DNA of 49,506 bases, taken from an uncultured Rhizobium sp. GTDB lineage: Bacteria; Pseudomonadota; Alphaproteobacteria; Micropepsales; Micropepsaceae. The translations under genes and the position numbers were made by a program. How positions within the stretch are numbered: position 1 is the stretch's first letter; each line of letters starts with the position of its first letter. Below are positions 37,109 through 46,476 of the stretch, in pieces. The DNA lies in NCBI GenBank assembly GCA_964566095.1, contig CAZMHP010000002.1, positions 1 through 49,506 on the forward strand, written 5' to 3'. The notes below the pieces were generated by a model. That model was not told where the DNA came from, made no database searches, and worked only from the letters and a program-made list of their open reading frames with translations.

Positions 37109-38047
37109 ATGTCCGATGTGACGGCGCGATGGCGCGCGTTTCGAACCGAAGCGCCGCATTGGATAGCGCTCCTGGCGCAGGTGCCGGCACAGCACGTCGT
37201 TCGCCACGACACCGCCCATCCGGCGTTTCATGGCTGCATCGACTGGCATTCGGCCTGCCACGCCACCTGGGCGCTGCTCGCCTATCGCGGTCTCTCCGGC
37301 GATGACCGCTACGAGGCGATCGTCGACGACATCCTGCTGCCGGCGAAGATCGCCGCCGAAGCCTCCGATCTCGCGGCGCGGCCGCAATTCGAGATGCCCT
37401 ATGGCCGCGCCTGGTTCCTGCGGCTGGCCATGGAAGACCGGCTGGTGACGGGCTCCACGCGGCTCACCTTCGCGGCGCGCGATGTCGCCGCTTCTCTGAC
37501 CGCCATCTATCGCGGCCGCCTCGCCGATCCCTTCGCGCGCGAATACGCCAACCCCTGCTGGGCGCTGATCAATCTGCTCGACTACGCCGCCGTCGAGGGC
37601 AGGGCGGACATATCCGACATCGTGCGGGATGTGGCGGCCGGTCTGGCGCCGTTCCTGGAGCGGCTTCCGACCGAGAGCGAAGAGGAAAGCTGGCCCGATT
37701 TCATGGCGGTGACGCCGATGTTCTGCGAGCTCCTGATTCGGGCCGGTGCGGCGGAACCCGCGCAGGTCATGGCGCGGGCCGGCGCACGCCTGAAGGCGCT
37801 GTCGCCCATCCGTCAGCCGCGCAAGCCGCATCACTATGCCCTCAATTTCAGCCGCGGCTGGGCGCTCCTGGCGCTGGCGGCGGCGGCAGCGGACGAAGAT
37901 CTGCTCAGCGTCGCGCTCGATCACATCGAGACCAATCTATCGCGGCCCAGCTGGTGGCGCGGCGACTACCGCTCGGTGGCCCATTGGGTGCCGCAATTCG
38001 GCCTCTTTGCGCTTCAGCGCGCGATGCGGCAGACTTTCCCCGAATAG
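37109..38047 (+). CDS. DUF2891-like protein
   Basis: HPAFHGCIDWHSACH, FEMPYGRAWFL, LNFSRGW, HWVPQF. Confidence 0.75.
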   Translation: MSDVTARWRAFRTEAPHWIALLAQVPAQHVVRHDTAHPAFHGCIDWHSACHATWALLAYRGLSGDDRYEAIVDDILLPAKIAAEASDLAARPQFEMPYGRAWFLRLAMEDRLVTGSTRLTFAARDVAASLTAIYRGRLADPFAREYANPCWALINLLDYAAVEGRADISDIVRDVAAGLAPFLERLPTESEEESWPDFMAVTPMFCELLIRAGAAEPAQVMARAGARLKALSPIRQPRKPHHYALNFSRGWALLALAAAAADEDLLSVALDHIETNLSRPSWWRGDYRSVAHWVPQFGLFALQRAMRQTFPE

Positions 38048-38061
38048 AGCTCGGAGGAGCT

Positions 38062-38529
38062 ATGTTCCGCGTGGCGATGGGCGGCCTGATCGCGCCCCTG
38101 ATGCTGGCATCTTGCGCGATGTTGCAGCCGCGCGACGCGGCCTTGCCGATTGAAGCCATTCGCATCGATACGGCCAGCGGGCCCAAGGACTTCATCGTCG
38201 AGATCGCGGCCGACGGGGAATCTCAGGCGCGGGGCCTGATGTATCGTCGCGCGCTGCCGCCCAATTCCGGCATGTTGTTCGAGTTTCACCGCGACGCGCG
38301 CGTGGCGTTCTGGATGAAGAACACGCCTCTGCCGCTCGACATGGTGTTCATCCGCTCCGACGGCACGGTATCCTCGGTCGAGCCCAACACCGTGCCCTAT
38401 TCGCGCCAGACGATTCCGTCGGCGGAACCCGTCCGCGCCGTGCTCGAGATCAACGGGGGCCGCGCGCACGACCTCGGAATCAAGCCCGGCGACAAGGTCC
38501 GCGCCGACATTTTCCAAGCCGTCGAGTGA
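38062..38529 (+). CDS. DUF192 family protein (probable lipoprotein)
   Basis: LASC lipobox, RGLMYR, GMLF, FWMKNTPLPLDMVFI, VLEINGG. Confidence 0.92.
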   Translation: MFRVAMGGLIAPLMLASCAMLQPRDAALPIEAIRIDTASGPKDFIVEIAADGESQARGLMYRRALPPNSGMLFEFHRDARVAFWMKNTPLPLDMVFIRSDGTVSSVEPNTVPYSRQTIPSAEPVRAVLEINGGRAHDLGIKPGDKVRADIFQAVE

Positions 38530-38587
38530 GGCCGGGACCGGCGCTTGCCGGGGCATGGCGCATCGGCTATCTGACCTGCGTCCGGAC

Positions 38588-38664
38588 CGGGGCGTAGCGC
38601 AGTCTGGTAGCGCATCTGCTTTGGGAGCAGAGGGTCGCGTGTTCAAATCACGCCGCCCCGACCA
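38588..38664 (+). tRNA. tRNA-Pro(UGG)
   Basis: CGGGGCG/CGCCCCG acceptor, TCTGC-TT-TGG-GA-GCAGA, GTTCAAAT, CCA. Confidence 0.96.
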
Positions 38665-38757
38665 TCCGACGCGGCGGAGCCGCGGTGGATGGTCGTCCTC
38701 CGAAGCTTTAGCGAAGGAGGACTGCGCCGGTGTCCCGCCGCTCTGGATGGCAGGCCA
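38659..38757. repeat. Bulged-hairpin element in the tRNA-Pro trailer, related to the tRNA-Glu element
   Basis: CGACCATCC-GAC-GCGGC-GGA-GCCGC-GGT-GGATGGTCG; GTCCTCC-GAA-GCT-TT-AGC-GAA-GGAGGAC; TGCGCCG...GGATGGCAGGCCA. Confidence 0.7.
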
Positions 38758-38790
38758 GCCGGCAGGACGATGAGGAGTTGAGGGAACGTC

Positions 38791-39096
38791 ATGCGCGCGC
38801 GCATCTATCAGCCGGCACGGAACGCCATGCAGTCGGGCAAGGCCCGCACCAAATTGTGGCTGTTGGAATACGAGCCCGAATCGCCGCGCGCGCCCGACCC
38901 GCTGATGGGATGGACCAGCTCGTCCGACATGCGCCAGCAGGTGGTGCTGGAGTTCGACAGCAGCGAGGAGGCCGTCTCTTACGCGGAAGGCAACGGCATT
39001 CCCTATCAGGTGTTCGAGCCGCACAGACCGGCGCCCAAGGCGAAGTCCTACTCCGACAATTTCCGCGTCGACCGCAAGATCCCCTGGACGCATTAG
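38791..39096 (+). CDS. ETC complex I subunit (NDUFS4-like accessory subunit)
   Basis: ARIYQPARNAMQSG, DPLMGWTSS, KSYSDNF. Confidence 0.93.
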   Translation: MRARIYQPARNAMQSGKARTKLWLLEYEPESPRAPDPLMGWTSSSDMRQQVVLEFDSSEEAVSYAEGNGIPYQVFEPHRPAPKAKSYSDNFRVDRKIPWTH

Positions 39097-39172
39097 CCGG
39101 TCCCGCCGGTCGAGCGCCAGGCCTCAGAATCTGCTAGACCTCGTGCCGATAGCCGTTGCCAGTTCCCAGTCC

Positions 39173-39249
39173 GGACCCGTAGCTCAACCGGATAGAGCAG
39201 CCGCCTTCTAAGCGGCAGGTTGCGTGTTCGAGTCACGCCGGGTTCGCCA
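39173..39249 (+). tRNA. tRNA-Arg(UCU)
   Basis: GGACCCG/CGGGTTC acceptor, GCCGC-CT-TCT-AA-GCGGC, GTTCGAGT, CCA. Confidence 0.95.
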
Positions 39250-39332
39250 TTCCAGCCGCGCGCCGGCCGACATTGATCCTCGAGCACCGCCCCGACTAGG
39301 GTTTGCCCGCTTTGAAGCACCCGGATGGCGGC

Positions 39333-40442
39333 ATGAGATTGGTGGCGACGGCGCTGGGCGTTTTCCTGCTCGGCGCCAGCGCGGCGATGGCCGCCGGCGA
39401 ATTCACGCTCTCGCCGCGCGATTGCGATGCGCCGAGCGAATCCTCGCCGGTTTGCCTGGCGCCGGAACCCTGGAGCGAGGCCGAGGCCGCCGGCACGCTC
39501 GGCACCGGAACCCTGGCCGCCATCGTCCGCGGCGATACGCTCACCGTGCTCGCGCGCCGTGCCCGTGGGCCGGTGTCGATCTGTTGCACCATCGCTGCGC
39601 CGCTCACCCGGATCGGCGACAGCGAATATTGGGCGGTGTCGTTGAAGATCTACGGCATGCGCCGTGCCGCGCTCGACTTCCAGGCCGAGCCGGAAGGATC
39701 GGACGCGCTCAGCTTCATCGGACCCGATGTCGCAAATGTGCCGACGGCGCCGCGGCTTCTGGGCTCGCTCGTCGAGGACACGATCGACAGCACCGCGATG
39801 GACAGCAGGCGGCATCTCACCGTCTATCTGCCGCCGGGCCACGACAGCGCGCAAAGCTATCCGGTGGTCTACCTGGCCGACGGCGCGACGGTGCGGGCCT
39901 TCGCGCCCGCCATCGAGGCGCTGATCGTCACGGGACGCGCGCGGCCGATGATCGTGGTCGGGCTTTGGCCGGCGCAAAACGATCCCAGGGCCCGCGGGCG
40001 CGAATACCTCGTCGGCAATTCCGCATCCGACTATTCGCATCACAGCGCTTTCGTCTTCGACGAAGTGATGCCGTTCGTCGAGCGCCGCTATGGCGCGTCC
40101 GCACGCCCCCAGGACCGTGTGGTGGCGGGTTTTTCCGACGGCGCCGCCTGGGCGCTGTCGTTCGGCCTGCGGCACACAAGGGATATCGGAACCATTTGCG
40201 CCTTCTCGCTCGGCTGGCCGGCGGCGGCGGAGGGCGTCGACGACGACGACCGGCCCCGCCTCTATTTGGCCGGCGGCTTTCTGGAGCCCGGCTTTCATCG
40301 CGTCACCGCCGAGGCCGCGCGCCGCGCGCGTTCCTCCCGTGCGCCGCTCCTGTTCGAGGAGTTCGCTTCGGGTCATGCCCTGATCGCCTGGCAGGCCATG
40401 CTGCTGGACGCATTGGCCTGGACCTTTCCGCGCCGCCCGTGA
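39333..40442 (+). CDS. Secreted putative esterase (Fes/IroE-like alpha/beta hydrolase)
   Basis: Signal peptide; VYLPPG, YPVVYLADG, AGFSDGA (GxSxG), C-terminal GH...W. Confidence 0.82.
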   Translation: MRLVATALGVFLLGASAAMAAGEFTLSPRDCDAPSESSPVCLAPEPWSEAEAAGTLGTGTLAAIVRGDTLTVLARRARGPVSICCTIAAPLTRIGDSEYWAVSLKIYGMRRAALDFQAEPEGSDALSFIGPDVANVPTAPRLLGSLVEDTIDSTAMDSRRHLTVYLPPGHDSAQSYPVVYLADGATVRAFAPAIEALIVTGRARPMIVVGLWPAQNDPRARGREYLVGNSASDYSHHSAFVFDEVMPFVERRYGASARPQDRVVAGFSDGAAWALSFGLRHTRDIGTICAFSLGWPAAAEGVDDDDRPRLYLAGGFLEPGFHRVTAEAARRARSSRAPLLFEEFASGHALIAWQAMLLDALAWTFPRRP

Positions 40443-40527
40443 GGCGCGGTCCGTCAAGAATTCCGTGCCGACACGGATACAAGATCGATCTGCATCGTTG
40501 CCAATGGGATAGGTGTAGGCGGTGGAG

Positions 40528-40785
40528 ATGACGGTGCCAGGCGAAGTCGGTAGATGGCGCAGACGGCTCGCGATTTCGGCTTTGACCGCCGTGCTGCTGC
40601 CTGCCGCTTTCGGGGGGCTGCTGGCCGGCGCCAACGCGATCGCCGATCGCGGCGACGATACGACGTGGCTTGTCCACGACACTGCCCGTCCGCCGCCGCC
40701 GCCCCAACATCCACACCATAGCTTGTCGACACTCGGGCGCGCCCGCGCGGTCGCCTGGATCAGCGCGGGTCATACCGGCCGCTGA
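40528..40785 (+). CDS. Small hypothetical membrane/secreted protein
   Basis: Hydrophobic N-terminal segment, GGAG-like SD; no recognised family. Confidence 0.4.
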   Translation: MTVPGEVGRWRRRLAISALTAVLLPAAFGGLLAGANAIADRGDDTTWLVHDTARPPPPPQHPHHSLSTLGRARAVAWISAGHTGR

Positions 40786-40920
40786 TCCCAGCCTGCTTGC
40801 CTCGACCTTCGGTACGCTCTTAGGCAACGCCGCGGCTGACCGCGCGCGCCCGCCAGGATGTCAAGGTTGACGCCGCCGTCACGAGGTCTAAAACGCCGCC
40901 CGTCTCAAGCGGACAAGTCC

Positions 40921-42228
40921 ATGAAAATCGTCGGCGGGAAATGGTCAAACTGGTCGGGCGGCGTCGTCTGCAAGCCGGCGCAGATCGCGGCGCCCAAGAA
41001 CGAGGTCGAGCTTGCCGCTGCGGTGCGCAAGGGCAGGGCGCCGGTCCGCGTACCCGGCACCGGGCATTCCTTCACGCCGCTGAACGCGACGGACGGTACG
41101 CTCGTCGATCTTGCCGCCTTCACCGGCCTGCAGGGCTTCGACCCGCACACCCAGGTCGCGACATTGGGCGCGGCGACCCGTTTGTGGGAGATCGGCCCGC
41201 TGCTCCATCCTCTCGGCTGCGGGCTGAAGAACATGGGCGACATCGACCGGCAGACGATCGCGGGCGTCGTCGGCACGGGCACGCACGGCACCGGCGTGAC
41301 GCTCGGCAGCTTGTCGTCCGAAGTTGCCGGCTTCCGCCTGCTGCTTGCCAGCGGCGAGATCATCCATTGCTCGGCGGACGAGAACGCGGAAATTTTCGCG
41401 GCCGGCCGCACGTCGATGGGCACGCTCGGTGTGATGATCGAGGTCTCGATGAAGGTGCGCGACGCCTATAAGCTGTCGGAGAAGAACTTCCTCCTTCCGA
41501 TCGACGAGCTGTGGGAAAAGCTCGACTCGCTCGTCGCCTCCAACCGCCACTTTGAGTTCTTCTGGTTTCCCTATTCCGACGTCGCGGTGTGCAAGACGTT
41601 GAACGAGAGCGGCGCCGACGCGCCCGAGCCGCGCTCGGCGGAATATGCCCGCGCCCGGGGCGAACGCATTTCCCCCGACACGCGCGTGTTCGAGACGATC
41701 AACGAAGTCCTGCCCTATGCGCCGTTCCTGTTGCGCCCCGCGCACCGGCTGTTCTCCAGCGGCATGAGCGCCAGCAATCGTGTGCGCTGGAGCCACGAGA
41801 TTTTCCCTAGTCCGCGGACCACCCGTTTCAATGAGATGGAATACGCGGTGCCCTACGAAAAGGGACCGGAGACGATTCGCAAGATCGTCGCCGAAATCCG
41901 CCGCCGGCGGATCAACACCGGCTTTCCCATTGAATACCGCACCGTGGCGGCGGACGATGTCTGGCTCAGCCCATTCTACCAGCGCAAAAGCGCCACAATC
42001 GCCGTGCACCAATATCACCGGGTCAACACGGCCCGGCTGTTCGACATGTGCGAAAGCATCTTCCGCGGCGCCGAAGGCCGGCCGCACTGGGGCAAGCGCC
42101 ACACCCGCACGCGCGAGGAATTCGTCGATTTATATCCGAAGTTCGAGGACTTCCGGGCGCTACGCCAAAAGCTGGACCCAGGCATGACGTTCTTGAATGC
42201 GCATTTGAAAGGTATATTTGAATCTTGA
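40921..42228 (+). CDS. FAD-linked aldonolactone oxidase (ALO/GULO family)
   Basis: WSNWSG, GTGHSF, NMGDIDRQTIAG, TGTHG, FNEMEY, GRPHWGK. Confidence 0.92.
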   Translation: MKIVGGKWSNWSGGVVCKPAQIAAPKNEVELAAAVRKGRAPVRVPGTGHSFTPLNATDGTLVDLAAFTGLQGFDPHTQVATLGAATRLWEIGPLLHPLGCGLKNMGDIDRQTIAGVVGTGTHGTGVTLGSLSSEVAGFRLLLASGEIIHCSADENAEIFAAGRTSMGTLGVMIEVSMKVRDAYKLSEKNFLLPIDELWEKLDSLVASNRHFEFFWFPYSDVAVCKTLNESGADAPEPRSAEYARARGERISPDTRVFETINEVLPYAPFLLRPAHRLFSSGMSASNRVRWSHEIFPSPRTTRFNEMEYAVPYEKGPETIRKIVAEIRRRRINTGFPIEYRTVAADDVWLSPFYQRKSATIAVHQYHRVNTARLFDMCESIFRGAEGRPHWGKRHTRTREEFVDLYPKFEDFRALRQKLDPGMTFLNAHLKGIFES

Positions 42229-42250
42229 AGGCTTCCAGGGAGGAGCCAAA

Positions 42251-42472
42251 ATGCGCAGAGCAGCCACTTATGTCGTGTCGGGATTTCTGGGCGCGGTCGG
42301 GCTCGCCGCCGCGGCGGTGGGCGATGCCGGCGACATGCTTGTCGCGGCAGCGGTTGGCGCGGGGTTGGGCGTGATCGTGGCACTCGTCTTCCACGCCTAT
42401 CCTGACGATATCGCACCGCCGGCGGACCGGCGCCACGAGAACACCCAGCGCCGAAAGACACAGAAGACCTGA
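42251..42472 (+). CDS. Small two-TM hypothetical protein
   Basis: GGAGGAG SD; two hydrophobic Gly/Ala-rich segments. Confidence 0.55.
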   Translation: MRRAATYVVSGFLGAVGLAAAAVGDAGDMLVAAAVGAGLGVIVALVFHAYPDDIAPPADRRHENTQRRKTQKT

Positions 42473-42516
42473 CCGGCGGGCGTGCTAAGCTGCGCCGACG
42501 ATTGGGGACTTGGCTC

Positions 42517-42921
42517 ATGCCCGGAATTGCACGATTCGCTGCGGCCATTGCTTTGCTTTTGGTCTGGGGCGCTTTGCCGGCCCTGGCGCAGAGCAGTCCG
42601 CAATATCGAGTCTACTTCGATTTCCAGATCAAGAATCTGACCAGCACGGCCGACGATGTCGCCGCGCAGGCCGTTCGCGACGCGCTCGCCCAGAACGCGA
42701 CCCAGATCGAGCTCGTCGGCCACGCCGACACGGCGGAGAAGAAAGCAACAGCGCTGTCATTGGCCCGGGCGAAGGCCGTCAAGGCGTCCCTGCTGCGCCA
42801 TCATCTGCCCAAAGGTGTGAAGGTGAGCGTCGCGGGCGTGGGAACCGCCGATCCCTTCGTCTCCACCGGACCCGGTGCGCGCGAACCGTTGAACCGCTTC
42901 GTCGCGGTCGCGATTCACTGA
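42517..42921 (+). CDS. Small OmpA-family protein
   Basis: Signal peptide; VYFDF, VGHADT, LSLARAKAV, EPLNR. Confidence 0.85.
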   Translation: MPGIARFAAAIALLLVWGALPALAQSSPQYRVYFDFQIKNLTSTADDVAAQAVRDALAQNATQIELVGHADTAEKKATALSLARAKAVKASLLRHHLPKGVKVSVAGVGTADPFVSTGPGAREPLNRFVAVAIH

Positions 42922-43268
42922 TCGGCGATCCTGGCGCGGCGGAAGAAGCAACTCGGCGCGCCGGTGTGGCAGGCGGGGCCGATCTGGTCGACCTTCATCA
43001 GCAGCACGTCGCCGTCGCAGTCGATCCAGGCCTCGATCAGCCGCTGGCGATGACCGGATTCCTCGCCCTTGATCCAGACCTTGTTGCGCGCACGCGACCA
43101 GTAGGTGACCTCGCCCGTGTCGAGCGTGCGCTCCAGCGTCTGCCTGTTCATCCAGGCGAACATCACCACCTCGCCGGTCGCCGCGCGCTGCGCGATGACG
43201 GGCACCAGGCCGTCGGCGTTGAACGCGACCTGCGCGACGAATTCGGCCCGGCTCAATGTATCGGTCAT
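42915..43268 (-). CDS. hisI: Phosphoribosyl-AMP cyclohydrolase
   Basis: GLVPVIAQ, YWSR, KGEESG, DCDGD, ACHTGAPSCF. Confidence 0.96.
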   Translation of the reverse strand: MTDTLSRAEFVAQVAFNADGLVPVIAQRAATGEVVMFAWMNRQTLERTLDTGEVTYWSRARNKVWIKGEESGHRQRLIEAWIDCDGDVLLMKVDQIGPACHTGAPSCFFRRARIADQ

Positions 43269-44419
43269 GCGGCCTTATTGAGCCGTCCGAACCCTTCCGT
43301 CAAATCGGTGATCAGGTCTGCCGGATCTTCCAGACCCGCATGGATGCGGATCAACGGCCCTTCCGCCTTGAATGGCGCGGCGGTGCGATGCAGGTGCGAC
43401 GGCACGATCAGGCTTTCATAGCCGCCCCAGGAAAACCCGATGCCGAAATGCTTGAGCCCGTCGATCAGCGCGTCGACGGCGCGCTTGCGCACCGATTTGA
43501 GGACCACGCCGAACAGCCCGCAGCCGCCCGTGAAGTCTCGCGTCCACAGTGCATGGCCGGGATCGCCCTGCAGGGGCGGATAGAGGACGCGGGAAACCTC
43601 CGGTCGGTCCTGAAGCCAGCGCGCCAGCGCGGTCGCGGTCGCCTGATGACGCTGCAATCGCACCGACAGCGTCCGCAGTCCGCGCAGCGCCAGGAAGCAA
43701 TCGTCGCCGCTGACATAGAGGCCGGCTGTGTTGTGATAGGCGGTGAGCCGCTCGGCATAGCTTTCGTTCGCCGCGATATAGCCCATCATCACATCGGCAT
43801 GACCGCCGATATATTTCGTCACCGCCTGGATCGACAGATCGACGCCATGCGCCAGTGCGTTGAAATAAAGCGGCGTCGCCCAAGTATTGTCGAGCAGCAC
43901 CGCGGCGCCATGCGCATGCGCGGCCGTGGCGATCGCCGGCACGTCTTGGACTTCGAAGGTGAGCGAGCCGGGGCTTTCGCAAAACACCGCCCGCGTGTTC
44001 GGCTTGAAGAGCGCGGCGACACCGGCGCCGATCAACGGGTCGTAGTAGGTCGTCTCGATCCCGAAGCGCTTCAGGACATTGTCGCAGAAGCTGCGCGTCG
44101 GGCCGTAGCAGCTGTCGACCATCAGCAAGTGATCGCCGGCGCTGAGCACGGCCGTCAAGGCGCTGGTCGCCGCGCTCAACCCCGACGGCACCAAAGCGAC
44201 ACGCGAGGCGCCTTCCAGCGCGCCGATCGCATCCTCGAAGCTGCGCACCGTCGGATTGCCGCGCCGCCCATAGCCGAACGCCATGGCGCGCGCGTCCAGC
44301 GCCGCCACGTCGGGGTAGAGGATGGTCGAGGCGCGATAGACCGGCGTGTTGACCGCGCCGAAATGCGCCGCGCTCTCGCGCCCGGCGCTGGTGAGGATGG
44401 TGTCTTTCTTCTCGGTCAC
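43265..44419 (-). CDS. metC: Cystathionine beta-lyase
   Basis: VNTPVYRAST, YGRRG, ESPGSLTFE, DNTWA, TKYIGGHAD, SWGGYESL. Confidence 0.93.
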   Translation of the reverse strand: MTEKKDTILTSAGRESAAHFGAVNTPVYRASTILYPDVAALDARAMAFGYGRRGNPTVRSFEDAIGALEGASRVALVPSGLSAATSALTAVLSAGDHLLMVDSCYGPTRSFCDNVLKRFGIETTYYDPLIGAGVAALFKPNTRAVFCESPGSLTFEVQDVPAIATAAHAHGAAVLLDNTWATPLYFNALAHGVDLSIQAVTKYIGGHADVMMGYIAANESYAERLTAYHNTAGLYVSGDDCFLALRGLRTLSVRLQRHQATATALARWLQDRPEVSRVLYPPLQGDPGHALWTRDFTGGCGLFGVVLKSVRKRAVDALIDGLKHFGIGFSWGGYESLIVPSHLHRTAAPFKAEGPLIRIHAGLEDPADLITDLTEGFGRLNKAA

Positions 44420-45894
44420 GGGGCTGGGTGGATCTCCGCGCCTTGCGGCTCGGGCAGCGTCTTGGGTTTGCCGCTACCGCCGCCATCCAGCGTGGCGCGC
44501 AGCGGCCGGTCGAACATCCAAGTCACGAGGCTGGCCCCGGCCGCGATCGCCGCGCACAACAGAAAGAAGCTCGGCTTGCTCATCGTCGTGAAGTAGATGC
44601 CGATATAGCCCTCCAGCAGATTTCCGGTGAAGCTGGTGATGAACCAAAGGCCCATCATCGCCGACAGGATCTGTGCGGGCGCGACGCGCGCGACCAGCGC
44701 CAGCCCGATCGGCGAGAGATAGAGCTCGCCGAAGGTTAGGATGGCGAAGAACGCGAACAGCCACAACCAGCTCACATGCGCGTCGGGACCGTTCAGCCAA
44801 ACGGCTAGCGCCATGACGACATAAGACAGCGCCAGCATTGCGTCGCCAAGTGCCATCTTCGTAACGGTCGAAGGCTCCTTGCCGCGCTTGGCTTGCCAGC
44901 CCCACAACGCTACGACGAAGGGCGTGAAGGCGAAAATCATGAACGGATTGAACGACTGAAACCACGCGGTCGGGATTTGCCAGTCGATGACGCCCGGAAT
45001 GAAGCGCCGGTCGGTCAGGTCTGCCGCGAACAGGTTGATCGTGTTGCCCTGCTGCTCATACACCGCCCAAAAGAAAGTAGTGGGAATGCAAAGCAGGATC
45101 AGCGCGATCACGGCTTTCCACTCCTGGCCGGTCAGCGGCTGTTTCATTTCGGTGGCCGACTTCACGCGCGCGATGCGGTCTGGTGGGAGAGTGCGCAGCG
45201 CGAAAAGGTAGATGATCTGGCCGATCACCATGCCGATGCCGGCGGCGCAGAAGCCCCATTTGTAGCCCCACGCCGGATCGTCTGCGAGCGCGCCGCAGAT
45301 CAGCGGCGAGAAGAACGCGCCGACATTGATGCCGACATAGAAGATCGAATAGGCGCGGTCGATGCGGCTGTCGCCGGCCTTGTAGAGCCCGCCAACCTGG
45401 GTGGAGATGTTCGGCTTGAAGAAACCGTTGCCGAGTATGAGCAGGAACAATCCGACGAACAGCAGGTTGGGCACCATCAGCACGAATTCGGCGATGGCCA
45501 TGAGCACACCGCCGATGATCACGCTGAAGCGCTGACCGATCCAGCGATCGGCGATGATGCCGCCGAAGAACGGTGTCAGATACACGAACCCCGTATAGAG
45601 ACCGTAGATCAACGAGGCGAATTGCGGCTGATAGGTCGCGTTCTTGACGGGGCCGGTGTCGAGCGCACCGAAGAGCGACTGACAAAAATTGTGCAGCCAC
45701 TGATAGCCGATAACATGGTCGAAATTGCCGGGAACGAACAGCAACTTCGTCAGATACAGCACCAGGATGGCGCGCATGCCGTAATAGGCGAAGCGCTCCC
45801 ACATCTCGGTGGTGAAAAGCCATGTCAGCCCGCGCGGATGCCCGAACAATGTCTTCTCCGGCTTCGCGTCCGGTGCGGTGTCGACAATCGCCAT
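44416..45894 (-). CDS. Proton-dependent oligopeptide (POT/PTR) MFS transporter
   Basis: GHPRGL, EMWERFAYYGMR, GFFKPNIS, FYVGINVG, GELYLSPIG. Confidence 0.95.
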   Translation of the reverse strand: MAIVDTAPDAKPEKTLFGHPRGLTWLFTTEMWERFAYYGMRAILVLYLTKLLFVPGNFDHVIGYQWLHNFCQSLFGALDTGPVKNATYQPQFASLIYGLYTGFVYLTPFFGGIIADRWIGQRFSVIIGGVLMAIAEFVLMVPNLLFVGLFLLILGNGFFKPNISTQVGGLYKAGDSRIDRAYSIFYVGINVGAFFSPLICGALADDPAWGYKWGFCAAGIGMVIGQIIYLFALRTLPPDRIARVKSATEMKQPLTGQEWKAVIALILLCIPTTFFWAVYEQQGNTINLFAADLTDRRFIPGVIDWQIPTAWFQSFNPFMIFAFTPFVVALWGWQAKRGKEPSTVTKMALGDAMLALSYVVMALAVWLNGPDAHVSWLWLFAFFAILTFGELYLSPIGLALVARVAPAQILSAMMGLWFITSFTGNLLEGYIGIYFTTMSKPSFFLLCAAIAAGASLVTWMFDRPLRATLDGGGSGKPKTLPEPQGAEIHPAP

Positions 45895-45942
45895 GCGGCG
45901 GTCCCCCTGTTATGCGCGCGCGAGCATGCCCAACTTGTCCGC

Positions 45943-46476
45943 CTACGGCAATTCGATGTAGCGGTCTTCGCGGGAGTAGGGCTCGAAGCCGAGCCGCTGG
46001 TAGAGCGGCAGGGCCCGTGGATGATCCAGCGTGCAGGTGTTGACCAGCAATTTGGAAATCGGCCGCGCCCAGGCGTTCATCACCGCGTGATAGAGAAAGA
46101 AATATCCGAGTCGTTTTCCCACGGCTTCGGGCATCAATCCGAAATAGGCGAGCTGGCCGCTCACCGGATCGCGCATGTCGAGTTCCGCCATGCCCGCGGG
46201 GTTGCCGTCGAGGTAGAGCACATACAACTCCACCTCGGGATGCTGGATGATGGCGGCGAGCGCGGTGTCGTTCAGCTTGCGCCGTTCGACCCAAAAATAG
46301 GGCTCGCCGATTGTGTTGTAGAGATAGCGATAGAAATGCACCGGCGGATGGCCGGCGCGCAGCAACGCCACTTTGCCGCGCGGCACCGGCGGCGGCAGCG
46401 CGCTCGGCTTGGCCGCCATCTCCAGGAAGGTGACTACCATCGGGATGCGCCGGCCTGTGTCGCCCTTAGCCGTCAT
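45943..46476 (-). CDS. GNAT family N-acetyltransferase
   Basis: YFGLMPEAVGKRLG, NTCTLDHPRALPLYQRLGF. Confidence 0.9.
   Translation of the reverse strand: MTAKGDTGRRIPMVVTFLEMAAKPSALPPPVPRGKVALLRAGHPPVHFYRYLYNTIGEPYFWVERRKLNDTALAAIIQHPEVELYVLYLDGNPAGMAELDMRDPVSGQLAYFGLMPEAVGKRLGYFFLYHAVMNAWARPISKLLVNTCTLDHPRALPLYQRLGFEPYSREDRYIELP

Noticed and set aside
39173-39330. tRNA-Arg(UCU) as a prophage/island attachment site or third hairpin-element site
   Set aside because: No integrase, no duplicated tRNA 3' end seen, no CCA-overlapping hairpin; only a 9-nt TTTGCCCGC match to the trailer motif
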